In this document: positions 42,719-53,192 of the stretch, one piece after another | Layout of the letters: the number at the start of each line of letters is the position of its first letter | Position numbering within the stretch: the stretch's first letter is position 1 | NCBI GenBank assembly: GCA_964291215.2 | Contig: OZ219790.1 | Coordinates: 2,496,001 to 2,560,000, forward strand | From: Alphaproteobacteria bacterium | GTDB taxonomy: Bacteria; Pseudomonadota; Alphaproteobacteria; MPNO01; UBA830 | Reading direction: 5' to 3' | DNA: 64,000 bases | The notes under the pieces: model-generated | The model's input: the letters and a program-made list of their open reading frames with translations, nothing else | What the model was told of the DNA's origin: nothing | The model's database searches: none | Translations under genes and position numbers: made by a program

Positions 42719-42821
42719 AATCCCCCGCCGCTCGCCTCCGCGTCCGCGGCAGCAGACCGGAAGCTTCAGTCCATAACCCGTGGCTGATCGCCGGAAGCAG
42801 ACCTGGGCAGTTACAAAAATA

Positions 42822-44322
42822 GTAACTGCTCACCCCCTGGTTCCGGCTTGATGTCGGGGTAGAGTAACGAACGGGTTTTCGTGGAGATTTGACACTGCAT
42901 GCCGATTCGCTTAGTGGTGGTCATCGAGAACGACGGGGACCGCCAGTGGGCTACTTTGGATCGAAGGCGACGAGCGGGCTGTGCCAGCTGCTTCCGGGGC
43001 TCCAGCCTCCGCATGATCCGTATGTGGAAACGCATTTCGGAGGCGGCGCGCTGATGAAGCGCAAGGCCGGGTGATGGCGACGGGCGGCGCGCGAGGAGTT
43101 CGAAGCGGCCAAGGCGCTGCGTGCGGCCGGCAAGGTGGCGGAAGAGGCCGTGATCCGCGTCTTCGTCATCCTGCTCGACATCCTCATCGTCGTCCTTCTG
43201 GAGAAGACCACGCACGAGCCGGAACTCCGGTCTGCCGCCGTCACAGACGGACAAGAGCGTGCCGGGAGCAACGGCCCGAAGCCGAACCGGCAGATGGGCG
43301 ACAACCTGCCATCGTCGAGGAGACGGTCGCGGCCTGCGACGCCTGCGGCGCCGACGGCCCCGTCGATCGGGAGCGCCGCGTCCTCTATGACATCGTGTTC
43401 GAGGTCGTCGAGCGCCGCGCCGAGATCAAGGAATGCCCGAAGTGCAAGGCCCGGGGCCGGTTCCCCGACAACATCCCGTGCAGTACGGCATCGGCATTCA
43501 GGCCCTCGTCATCAACCTGCTGGTTGCCCAAATGCTGTCCCTGCGCCGTGCCGTCGCGTTCGTGCAGGTGATCTCCGGCATCAAGCTCTCCGAGGCAACC
43601 TGCCTCAGCTATGCTTTCACGATGCGTCATGGGAGGAGGCCGCCGTGGCGCACCTCCTGCAACGCCCGATGTCGACGATTTCGGATCAACAGTAAGTGGC
43701 TTCATGTCGTGGGACCCTGACGTGCAAGTTCCCGCACCGCAAGCGCGGGCAAGAGATCGGCCCGTGCTACAAGGGCGTCCTGGGCCTCGTACATGGGCCA
43801 GTGTAGCCACCAGCTGTGCGGCAGCCACCTGCTGCGCGAACTGACCTTCGTCGTCGAGGCTACCGCGCGACTGATGAAGAGCCTGCTCCCTGCCACAAGG
43901 TCAACAAGAGCGCATCCAAGACCCTGAACGACGCCGGGCGCAAGCGCTACCGCACCATCAGGGCGCCAGGGAACTGCCCGATATCCCGCCGCCGCCGAAA
44001 GGAAAACGTGGACGCAAGTCCGACGCGCACAACCTGCACGAACGTCTCGTGAAACACGAAAACCTGCGCTTCACAGACGACCCCAACGTCAGATTCACCA
44101 ACAATGCCGGAGAACAGAAGATCAGGATGGCAAAGGTCAAGGTGTCCGGATGCTTCCGCTCCACGCAAAAGCATGGTGCCGGAGCTCAAGCTACCTCACC
44201 TCCATGGCCGCACTCGGCTACAACCCACTCGTCGCCACCCAGATCGCCCTCGACGGAAAAGCCGCAGACATCATCAACGAGCACTACGACCAATCAGAAC
44301 CCAACAAGGGGTGAGTAGATAC
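42822..44322 (+). mobile_element. IS66-family element type B, copy 5 (degenerate)
   Basis: IRs GTAACTGCTCACCCC and GGGGTGAGTAGATAC; methyltransferase and transposase remnants. Confidence 0.9.
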
Positions 44323-44339
44323 AAATATTCGATATCGCG

Positions 44340-44800
44340 ACGAGTTACACCGGCACGGCCGAGTGTACCCACTACATTTCGTTGATTTTGGAGGGGATCA
44401 GGCTTTGTGTTTGCGCCAGTTCGGCGGGAGGGCGATGCCGAGGGCCTGGAAGACCTTTCCGACCTGGCCCTCGACATGTGTGCGGGTGGTGATGCGCTTG
44501 CCGTCCTTCTCGATGGTGGCCTCTTGCAGGCGGTCGAGGTCGCGGATCAGGTCGTCCCATTCGACGGCGGCGCCGGCGGCGGCGCAGCGGTCGGCCAGTT
44601 CCTTCTGGAGGACCAGCGCGAGGAAGGAGCAGAAGACGTGGCCGCGGATCGCGGCGTCGCAGGAGTGGTAGATCGGTCGGGTGCGCAACTGGGCCTTCGC
44701 CCGGCGGAACAGGTCTTCCACCGTGAGCAGCTCCCGGTAGCGGAGCACGGCGTTGAGCGGCGTCATGCCGACGGCGGTGCACCGGCCCATCTGGGGATAT
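44340..44800 (-). pseudogene. IS1634-family transposase 3' fragment
   Basis: YRELLTVEDLFRRAKAQLRTRPIYH..IRGHVFCSFLALVL. Confidence 0.82.
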
Positions 44801-44889
44801 ACCGGTGCGAGCCTCGCAAGGCGACGATGCAAAGTTCCATCGGGCCGTGGCTGCGGGAGACCGGGCGGCGGATGGCGTCGTGGCCGTGA

Positions 44890-45284
44890 GCCTCCCGCTC
44901 ACCGGCGGCCTTGTCCGGCGCCGGCCAGCACGCCGTCGACCCGGGCGCGAGAGGCGGAACTCCCGCGCGATCGCCGCCGGCCTGAGGCCGGTCTCGAAGG
45001 CGGCGAGGATACCCCTGCGTCACCGGCGCGGGCCTGGCGTGCGCCCTTCCTCCAGCCGTCTTGCCGGCCTGCCGCCCGCGTCTGCGGGCCTCGGCTGCCG
45101 CCGCTTCGACCGGCCGGTCGAGGTCCGTGTCGTCGAGATGGCGGAGCGAGCGATCGAGGTCGGCGGGCAGGGCGAGCGTGCCCGACCGGCTCCCGCCGCG
45201 CTTTCCCGTCCCGCCACCCGGGCGCGCCGTCCTTCCTGCGCGTTGTCCCGTTTTCGTGGTCCTTCCTGTCACCGGTGAGCGCAT
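44890..45284 (-). pseudogene. Small hypothetical protein with C-terminal HTH-like segment, frameshifted
   Basis: LPADLDRSLRHLDD..EARRRG then LAAFETGLRPAAIAREFRLSR in a second frame. Confidence 0.45.
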
Positions 45285-45509
45285 CGCGTGTGCGCTGGTC
45301 GATTACAGCCCGAACGTGCCGGTGTGGCCATGGCCGGGGTGCTCTCCAGCTACCGGTCACCCGTGCCGCCGGCCCGCCGTCGGGAACACCGCCTCCCCCG
45401 CTCCGCGCCGACAGGAGGGAAGGTCTGGCCGTGAGCGGGGCGGCGGTCGGCGCACCGGAGGGCGGGGCGCTGCCGCCGGGTTCCACCACGGCACGATGGA
45501 GACGGCAGC

Positions 45510-45839
45510 ATGACGGCAGCAAGGATGGCGATGCCCGGCAATACGGCGAGCACGTTCCTGGTCCACTATTTCGGCGGCCTCGACGGCGACGACCGCTTCG
45601 TGGTCGAGCGGTTCCGCGCCCTGGCCTGCGGCGACATTCGTCCGGTCCGGGACGGCGAGGAGAACGCGAAGGGGCGTCGCAAGGTCAGGCGCACCGTGGT
45701 CTCGCGCAAGGAAGCCGAGGCGATGCGCCCGGAGCGCACCGAGATCATCGTGTGCACCGGCCTTCGCACCCGCGGCGGGAAACAGGCCTGGGGTTCGGTT
45801 GCGGCGGGCCTCCTGTGCGACCGCAAGCAGCGCGGCTGA
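45510..45839 (+). CDS. Hypothetical protein
   Basis: 109-aa ORF with protein-like composition, GGAG upstream, co-oriented with the downstream cluster. Confidence 0.5.
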   Translation: MTAARMAMPGNTASTFLVHYFGGLDGDDRFVVERFRALACGDIRPVRDGEENAKGRRKVRRTVVSRKEAEAMRPERTEIIVCTGLRTRGGKQAWGSVAAGLLCDRKQRG

Positions 45840-45909
45840 GCGCTTTCCCGAGGGACGTCCCGGCCGGGCGTCCCTCTTCCGTTTCCCCCACGGCAAGGAG
45901 AACGCTCCC

Positions 45910-46863
45910 ATGTGCGAGCAGCGGAACATCGAGGCCCGGCGCGCGCGCGGCAAGCGCGAACCCGAGCCCGCGCGGACCCTGTGCGCGCCCTGCGGCGAGA
46001 AGCGGAACCGGGCGAGCCGGGCCAGGGACGCAAGGCTGCGCACCGCCGGCCTCCCCCGGAGAGACCCCGACAAGGCCCGCGCCCAGGAGCGCGACCGGTC
46101 CCGCCGCGAGGCTGAAATGCGCCGCGACGCCGGGCTCTGCATCCGGTGCGGCAAGCAGCCGGCCGCCGATGGCCGCGCGTCCTGCGAGCCGTGCCTGGAG
46201 AAGCGCCGGGCAGCGGACCGCGCGAAATACGCCGCCGGGAAAGCCGCCGGCCTCAAGTATGGCGGGGCCGATGCCGAGGCCAAAAGGCGCGCCGCCCGGG
46301 CGAAGAGCAAGCGCCGCCAGAAAGCCCGGATCGAGGCGGGACTCTGTATCCGCTGCGGCAAGCGTCCCCCCGTCGAGTGCGGAACCACCTGCCAGCCCTG
46401 CCGGGACAGGAGGCAGGCGGCGGAACGGCGGCAATATGACGAACGCAGGGCCGGGGGCCGTTGCACACGCTGCGGGCAGCCGGCCGGCCTCTCGCGCTGC
46501 GGCCCCTGCGCCGCCATCGAAAAGGCCAGCCATAACCCGGAGCGCAAGAACGCACGCTCGCGGCAGTTGTACGCCCGACGCCGGGCCGCCAGCCTGTGCA
46601 CGGCCTGCGGGGCGCCGTCACAGGGGGCGGCGCGCTGTGCGCCCTGTGCCGAGAGGTCGTATCAAGGCTCGGCGCATTTCAGGGGCATCCCGGTCCACGA
46701 GCCGGTCTGGACCGTGATCGAACTGGAGACCGGCCGCGAGCACGGTCCGTTCGACGATCCGGCCGATGTCGCCCTCTGCCTCGCCTTCGGGAAGCTCGAC
46801 CGCAACCGCGTCGAGATCGTCGCCGACGCCCCCGTCACCGCCTCCTTCACCGCCTGGACCTGA
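45910..46863 (+). CDS. Basic tandem C4 zinc-ribbon repeat protein
   Basis: Nine CxxC motifs, including four G(L/R)CxxCG-x(6-10)-CxPC-type units separated by Arg/Lys-rich helices; AAGGAG SD. Confidence 0.8.
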   Translation: MCEQRNIEARRARGKREPEPARTLCAPCGEKRNRASRARDARLRTAGLPRRDPDKARAQERDRSRREAEMRRDAGLCIRCGKQPAADGRASCEPCLEKRRAADRAKYAAGKAAGLKYGGADAEAKRRAARAKSKRRQKARIEAGLCIRCGKRPPVECGTTCQPCRDRRQAAERRQYDERRAGGRCTRCGQPAGLSRCGPCAAIEKASHNPERKNARSRQLYARRRAASLCTACGAPSQGAARCAPCAERSYQGSAHFRGIPVHEPVWTVIELETGREHGPFDDPADVALCLAFGKLDRNRVEIVADAPVTASFTAWT

Positions 46864-47357
46864 CATCCTGTCCCGGGCGGCGATGACGGCGCTCGCCTGG
46901 CCGCGATTCGCCGCGCCGTCCCTGTGTCGTGGAGAGGAGTGAAGCGCCTGCCGGGCGAGTGTCCGGCAGGACGGAGGAGAGGACTCCCCGCCGATGCCGG
47001 ATCGATGTCCGGCACAGGTCGCCGGGCAGGGCAACGGCAAAGGAGACCCCCCCATGTTCCATCCCGATACACCCCTCGACCTTCCGCTCGGCTGCGACCT
47101 GCTCGCCGAACTCGGCGTCGCACCGTCCGCGAGATCGCCGAGGACGAGCGCGCCATCCGCTGCCCCGACAGGGGCGCGGCCTGTCCGGTGCACGGCTTCG
47201 CAAGCCTCTTCCCGGAACCGGCGTCGTCGTTCTCTCCGGGCGGTCAGGGGTAGAGGAGGGCCTGAAGAGATTGAACGGGCGGGGGTTCGGGGGAGTGACC
47301 CCGGCCCCGTCCGTTCGCAACCCATCGTCATCAACGCGAACCTGAAGGAGTATCGCA

Positions 47358-47800
47358 ATGAGCTTCGGACTGAACAAGGCGCAGATCATCGGCCGCCTCG
47401 GTGCGGACGTCACCATCAACCACCTGCAGAACGGCGGCCGCGTCGCCAATCTGAGCGTTGCCACCGACGAGAGCTACATCGACCGGAACGGCAGCGGCGA
47501 GCGGATCGACAGGACCGAGTGGCACCGGGTCGTGACCTTCCAGGACGGGCTGATCGACATGCTCGCCAGGCACGCCACGAAAGGCCGGCTGGTCTACATC
47601 GATGGCAAGCTCCAGACCCGGCGCTGGGCGAGGACGGCGACCGCTTCTCGACCGAGATCCTGCTCGTGCCCGGCGGGCGCGTCCAGTTCCTCGACAAGGC
47701 GAACGGCAATGCTGCGCAGCCCGGTCCGGACGCGACGAGCGACGCCGGCCCCGTGCCGGCCGGCGGCGACCCGATGGATGGGGACCATATCCCGTTCTAG
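47358..47800 (+). pseudogene. ssb: Single-stranded DNA-binding protein, frameshifted near 47627
   Basis: LNKAQIIGRLGAD..VANLSVAT..TEWHRVV..KGRLVYIDGKLQTRRW; acidic tail DGDHIPF in another frame. Confidence 0.9.
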
Positions 47801-47981
47801 AGCTTCCCGTTCTTCCTTCCCCACAGGGTCGGCGCCTCGTGCGTCGGCCCTTTTCTCATGCGGGCAGGTTCGAGTCTCGCCGCGGCGCATACGGAGTGGG
47901 AGCGAGGCTGGAAAGCGGGTGAACCGCGCGAGGAGGAGAGGGAGTCCGCTCGCGCACCCGTCACGCTACCCGGAGAACCCG

Positions 47982-48209
47982 ATGAGCACCATCTCCTTCC
48001 GCCGCATCGCCCCCGACGAATCCCGCACCTACCGGGACGGCGACCATGTCGGAGACGTCCACGCCTTCGACGACAGCATCCGGCCGGGGCGCAGGGTGTT
48101 CGCCATACATCTCGACGAGGACCCGCGCGGGCCGATGTATCTCCACGACCGCACCCGCATCCGCGAGACCGCCCGGCAGCGGGTCGACTCCCATCCCCTG
48201 TGGAACTGA
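47982..48209 (+). CDS. Hypothetical protein (75 aa)
   Basis: GGAG SD, ATG 47982, protein-like composition. Confidence 0.6.
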   Translation: MSTISFRRIAPDESRTYRDGDHVGDVHAFDDSIRPGRRVFAIHLDEDPRGPMYLHDRTRIRETARQRVDSHPLWN

Positions 48210-48623
48210 CGCAAAGACGGCAGGGCCGGAAATCCTTCCCGGCGCCATGCCGGCCGAACCGCCGATGGGGTCCGTGCAGGGCCAGAGAAATACGCCACCC
48301 CGCTGTGCTGTCCCATTGTGCCACACGTGCTCTCTCCAGCAACCCCTTCGGGGTCCTCCGGTCGCTGCGCTCCCTGCGGCCCGGGCAAGAAGCTCTAGGG
48401 GCGGACCGTGAAAGCCGGCGACCGTGAAGATCGCGTGTCAGAGGCCGAGCACGCCTGGCATCGGCGGTGCGAACGCGATCTTCCGCACCACTCGCCGACT
48501 TTCCGCACCACTCCGCCCCAAGAGCTTCTAAGCCCAGGTGCTTCCGTTGCGCGCGCGTGACCCAACAGGACATCACGTCGGGGATCGGCCCCGAACGTGC
48601 AACCCGATCGCAAGGAGATCGTC

Positions 48624-49508
48624 ATGACCTTCGATACCGACACCCGAGAGACCGCCGGACAGTCCGCAACCGTCTGCAAACACGCCGCCCTCTACGGCGC
48701 CACCCCCGAGCGCGACGAGCTCGACCCCCGCGAGGTCTGGGACGAGGACGATGCGCTGACCGCAATCGGCGAGGCCTTCCGCATCCTCGCCGAAGGCGCC
48801 TGCCCCGACGGCACCCAGCTCGCCGACGAACGCGAGAGCCTGCTGTGGGGCTTCGTCAACATGCTCCACGCCCAGAGCCGCCGCCTCGACCGCAGCGTCG
48901 ACCGGCTCAGCCCGGACCTGCGCGACCTCCAGCGCGAGCAGGACGGCACCGAGATCAGGTCCCGCGACCTGGAGCTCGTCACCGACCGCGCGCAGAACCT
49001 CGGAGACCGGCACGACGCCTTCGAGAAGATGCGCAACACCGCCGCGCACGCCTACCGCGAAGAGACCGGCGACATGTGGCGGCCCCGGCACGGCAGCCAG
49101 ACCGGCACGCTCACCAGCGCCGCCATCGACGCCCGCGACTTCGTCCGTGCCCGCAAGGACCGCGCGACCATGGCGCACCTGCCGCAGGGCACCCTCGTCG
49201 CCATCGCAGGCGGCAAGGACGTCGCCGACCAGGCCCGCGCCAAGTATGCCAACCTCGTCCTCGTCCACGGCGGCGGCCCCGGCGTCGAGAAGATCGCCGC
49301 CAGCTGGGCCGAGCGCAACGGCGTCCACCAGGTCGTCTGCAAGCCCGACTGGGACCGCCACGGTCGCGCCGCACCCTTCCGCCGCAACGACGAACTGCTC
49401 AACCTCCTGCCGAAGGGCGTCATCGCCTTCCCCGGCTCCGGCATCACCGAAAACCTCGTCGACAAGGCCCGCAGCCTCGGCATCCCGGTGATGAAGGTCG
49501 CAGCCTGA
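48624..49508 (+). CDS. DUF2493 / YspA-related SLOG-family protein
   Basis: LVAIAGGKD..LVHGGGPGVEKIAASWAERNGV..KPDWDRHGRAAPFRRND..IAFPGSGITENLVDKA. Confidence 0.85.
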   Translation: MTFDTDTRETAGQSATVCKHAALYGATPERDELDPREVWDEDDALTAIGEAFRILAEGACPDGTQLADERESLLWGFVNMLHAQSRRLDRSVDRLSPDLRDLQREQDGTEIRSRDLELVTDRAQNLGDRHDAFEKMRNTAAHAYREETGDMWRPRHGSQTGTLTSAAIDARDFVRARKDRATMAHLPQGTLVAIAGGKDVADQARAKYANLVLVHGGGPGVEKIAASWAERNGVHQVVCKPDWDRHGRAAPFRRNDELLNLLPKGVIAFPGSGITENLVDKARSLGIPVMKVAA

Positions 49509-49627
49509 CCGCAACGCATCGCGGGCCGTGTCGTCGCTCCGGCGGCGGCACGGTCCGTTTCCTCTTTCGCACATCGATGACGCGGCAACGCCAACCTCGC
49601 GCGCTTCGCGCCGCACTCGTGCAGAGC

Positions 49628-49701
49628 CTGCCCCGGACTGCGGTCCGGGGTCTCGCTGTCGCTCGCCGTTGCGGCGCCTGCCCCGGACTGCGATCCGGGG
49701 C
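49628..49701. repeat. Two REP-like hairpins CTGCCCCGGACTGCG(G/A)TCCGGGG
   Basis: Direct copies at about 49628 and 49678, each with a CCCCGGA/TCCGGGG stem. Confidence 0.6.
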
Positions 49702-50347
49702 TGCCGCATCACGCGCCGCTGCACCATGCTTCGCATGGGTGCATCGCGGGCCGCGCCGAACCCGGCGCAGGGCCGCCGGCACTGCTGACCCGCCCACTGC
49801 CGGCGCTGCTGCCGGACCGGCACGACACCGTGCTTCGCACCGCTGCCCGCAGTCCTGCAGGCGCCCCGTCGGCGCCTCCGATCGCAACGGCTATCGCAAC
49901 CGTCACCGCACCCGCGCGGCCGACGCCGCGGTAACGGGTGCGCCATCCCCGTCTGCGTCTGCGGTAATGTGTGAGCAGCACGCGATCACCCTGAACAGCC
50001 CCGCTTTCGTCCAGCACGCCTGTATCGCGGTAACATGTGCGCGGCGTCCTTCGGCTCCGCGGAACATGTGCGGCGGCGCCCGTGTCGCCGAGGTAACGCC
50101 GCCGGCTCCGGTGCGCCATGTGTGAAGACTGCCCTCCGCCGTTTGCACGCCGCGCCGCGTTCTGTTACCTCTGCGACCGGACGACAACGCGGAACGCGCT
50201 CGAAGATCGCGGACCGGTCGTCTCGCTCAATCGCCGCGACGGCTCCCGTCCCTTGTGACGCCGGCGTTTCAGGCGATGGTGGTGTGCAGGGCAACCTCGC
50301 CCGATCTCGACTCCGTTCGGAGTTTTACCGTCACACCCGACGCACCG

Positions 50348-50785
50348 TTACCCACCGGCATCCCGTTCAAGGAGGCGCCTGATCTCCAGGATCTCCCTCT
50401 CGTGCCCGTCCTTCAACCCCTGCCACCACGCATCATCCATGCCGACCTGACGCCACGCAAGCAGGGACACGACACAGCCGTGCGGATCGCCGTCGACGAA
50501 CCGGCCCGGAATGATGCGGATCATGATGCGCGGGACAAGCGCAGAACGGTCGGGTCCCAGATGGTAGTGGATGGCGTGATGATCCGGATCCACCGCTATG
50601 CGCGCCCAGATCGGCTGCCCCGTGCCGGGAAAGACGCCCTCGACAACGCCATCGCCGTGAATCGTCGTCTCGCCCATTCCGACCGCCCAGGACGCAAGCA
50701 CTTCTGGCGCCGACAGAAACGCGAGCGCGGCATCGGCGGAGCATCCGACAGACACTGAACAGACATGAGCAAAGCCGTCATCCAT
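50348..50785 (-). CDS. Hypothetical protein, SRPBCC-like
   Basis: 145-aa ORF coupled to the upstream regulator; ALAFLSAPEVLASW pattern. Confidence 0.65.
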   Translation of the reverse strand: MDDGFAHVCSVSVGCSADAALAFLSAPEVLASWAVGMGETTIHGDGVVEGVFPGTGQPIWARIAVDPDHHAIHYHLGPDRSALVPRIMIRIIPGRFVDGDPHGCVVSLLAWRQVGMDDAWWQGLKDGHEREILEIRRLLERDAGG

Positions 50786-50787
50786 GG

Positions 50788-51393
50788 CTACATGTCGACG
50801 GCGGTGACAACGAGAATCTCTGCGGCACCGTCGCCGGTGGCAACATAGGCGTGCGCAGTCATGCTGTCGAAGTACATGCTGTCGCCGACAACCAGCGTTG
50901 CCGGCGCGTAGATGTCGGTGTGGATCGTGACCTCGCCGGACAGCACGAAGACGAACTCCTCACCCTCGTGGGCGCGCAGCCCGCCTGCATCCTCGAGAGA
51001 ACGCACGGCGACTCGGTTGAGGCTTGGAATCATCCGCTTGGCCGTCAGCTCGGCGCACAGGAGCTCGAGATCGTAGCGCCGCGTCACCTCGCGCTCGCCC
51101 TGGCCCCGTTTCGTGATCGCGCGTTTTCCCTTTGCGAAGGTCTCGGTGTCGGAGCGGAAGAATGACACCACGTCGACCCCCAGGACCTTCGCGAGGATGT
51201 AAAGATTGTGGGCGTTGAGCGGCGATATCCCGTTCTCGGCACGCGACAGCATGGACTCCGAGATCGCGGTCAACTCGCTCAGCTCGGCAAGGGTAAATCC
51301 CTTCGCCTTTCTGAAGCGCGCTACGCGCGCGCCGATGCGAAGATTCCTTGCCTCCTCGGCAAGGTCGACAGACTGTTCCAGGGTATCCACCAT
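50788..51393 (-). CDS. XRE-family HTH regulator with cupin domain
   Basis: IGARVARFRKAKGFTLAELSE..LSRAENG; HEGEEFVFVLSG..GDSMYFDSMTAH. Confidence 0.92.
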   Translation of the reverse strand: MVDTLEQSVDLAEEARNLRIGARVARFRKAKGFTLAELSELTAISESMLSRAENGISPLNAHNLYILAKVLGVDVVSFFRSDTETFAKGKRAITKRGQGEREVTRRYDLELLCAELTAKRMIPSLNRVAVRSLEDAGGLRAHEGEEFVFVLSGEVTIHTDIYAPATLVVGDSMYFDSMTAHAYVATGDGAAEILVVTAVDM

Positions 51394-51406
51394 CAGTTCC
51401 CCATCA

Positions 51407-52699
51407 TCAGAATCCCATCAGGCGCGGCAGCCACAGGCTCAATCCCGGGATATAGGTAACGAACATCAGCGCTGCCAGGCTGACGACGAGAAACGGCCAG
51501 GATTCGCGCAAGAGCGCCGCGAGCCCGCAGCCGGCAATGCGCTCGGCGGCGAACAGGCAGACGCCGAGGGGCGGCGTAAGGAGGCCGATGTTCAGGTTTA
51601 GTATCGCGATGGCCCCGAAATGCACCGGGTCGACCCCGGCCGCCTGCGCCATCGCCGCGAGTATCGGGATGAACAGGATGATCGCCGCCGTCGGATCGAC
51701 GAACATGCCGAGCACCAGCATGAAAACGTTGAGCACGAGCAGCAGCAGTACCGGATGAAAGCCGAGGTCCCGCACCGTCCGCTCCACGAGCGACGGCACG
51801 TTCTCCATGCCCATGACCCAAGTGAAGACGGCGCCACACCCGACGATGATCAGGAGCTGCGCCGAAAACACGGCCGACTGGTCGAGGCACGACAGGAACT
51901 CGCGAAGCCCCATCGACCGGTAGAGAAGAATCGCGATGAGCAGTGCATAGAATGCCGCGAGGCCGCCGGCCTCGGTGGGAGTCATGATCCCGCCGAGGAT
52001 GCCGGCGAGGATGATCACCGGGATCAGCAGCGGCGGCACGGCATGGCGCGCCGACCGGCCGATAGCAGGCAGCGACCTGTCGACGGCGATGCCGCGGTAG
52101 CCCCTGCGGCGCGCCTGAACCCACACCAGGCACATCTGGCAGGCCCCGATCAGAAGGCCCGGGACGATGCAGGCGGCAAACAGGGCACCGATGGAGACCC
52201 CGGTTATCGAGCCGTAGATCACGACGATCAGCGACGGCGGCACCATGGGTCCGATGATCGAGGACGAGGCGGTGACGGCGGCCGCATACGCCGCCGGATA
52301 GCCGTTCCGCGTCATTGACGGGATGAACACCCTGCCGAGCGCCGCAATGTCGCCGAGGGCGACGCCGGTTATCCCGGAAAACAGGATCGACGCGCCAATG
52401 TTCACCTGCGCGAGCCCGCCCGTCATCCAGCCGAACAGGACGTTGGCGAACGATATCAGCCGGTCGGTGATGCGGCCGCGGTTTATGATCTCGCCGGCAA
52501 GAATGAACAGCGGGATGGCCATGAGGACAAAGACATCCAGGCCCTGGAAGATGCGCTCGGGGAGCACCGGCAGAAAAGCCATCTGGCCGCTTGCCGCCAA
52601 CCACACGATGGATGACGCCACCATCGCCCAGGCCACAGGCAACCCCGCGAACAGCAACACCAGGAACGCGCCCGCGAACAGGCAGAGCGACAGGCTCAC
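51407..52699 (-). CDS. TRAP transporter large permease DctM
   Basis: MAIPLFILAG, GGLAQVN, IGPMVPPS, GIMTPTEA, IGLLTPPLG; GTG start overlapping the dctQ stop. Confidence 0.93.
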   Translation of the reverse strand: MSLSLCLFAGAFLVLLFAGLPVAWAMVASSIVWLAASGQMAFLPVLPERIFQGLDVFVLMAIPLFILAGEIINRGRITDRLISFANVLFGWMTGGLAQVNIGASILFSGITGVALGDIAALGRVFIPSMTRNGYPAAYAAAVTASSSIIGPMVPPSLIVVIYGSITGVSIGALFAACIVPGLLIGACQMCLVWVQARRRGYRGIAVDRSLPAIGRSARHAVPPLLIPVIILAGILGGIMTPTEAGGLAAFYALLIAILLYRSMGLREFLSCLDQSAVFSAQLLIIVGCGAVFTWVMGMENVPSLVERTVRDLGFHPVLLLLVLNVFMLVLGMFVDPTAAIILFIPILAAMAQAAGVDPVHFGAIAILNLNIGLLTPPLGVCLFAAERIAGCGLAALLRESWPFLVVSLAALMFVTYIPGLSLWLPRLMGF

Positions 52700-53181
52700 A
52701 CCGAATCCCTTCCCTTCCGTGCCGACCAGGCGCGGCCGAGGCGGATGGCGAGGAACACGAACGCGATGCCGAAGGCGACGGGGAGCGCCGCGTAGGGGTA
52801 TTGCAGCGAGATCTGGAGCCCGTCGCTGGTCTGGCCTTCGGCGAAGCCGAAGGAGCGGACGGCGGCCACGGCCAGAATCGCGAGCAGCGCCAGCGTGATC
52901 AGGTCGAGCCCCAGCATCCAGCGCCGGTGCCATTCCGGGCGCATCAGGTCCGGTACGAAGGCGACGCGAATGTGGGCGTCGATCAGGACCGACACCGCGG
53001 CGCCGGCGAGCACCGACCACACGAGCGCGTAGCGCGCGACCTCCTCGGTAAAGAACGGCGTGAAGCCGAGGCCGTACCTCATGCCAACCTGTGCGAGGAC
53101 CAGCGCGAACAGCGCGAGAAGCGCTGCCGCGCCGATCACCCGCAGAGCGCGTTCCAGCCAGCCGGTCATCGCCGGACCCAT
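52696..53181 (-). CDS. TRAP transporter small permease DctQ
   Basis: QVGMRY..TEEVARY..HIRV; four hydrophobic segments. Confidence 0.9.
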   Translation of the reverse strand: MGPAMTGWLERALRVIGAAALLALFALVLAQVGMRYGLGFTPFFTEEVARYALVWSVLAGAAVSVLIDAHIRVAFVPDLMRPEWHRRWMLGLDLITLALLAILAVAAVRSFGFAEGQTSDGLQISLQYPYAALPVAFGIAFVFLAIRLGRAWSARKGRDSV

Positions 53182-53192
53182 TGGCCGCCGCG

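Larger units (their letters stand above)
40513..42814 (+). mobile_element. IS66-family element type A, copy 2
   Basis: Near-identical to 187-2543 apart from a 55-bp deletion; 8-bp TSD AAAAATAG. Confidence 0.93.

Noticed and set aside
44753-46717. 654-aa Pro/Arg/Ala-rich ORF
   Set aside because: Off-frame, low-complexity reading that overlaps better-supported genes.
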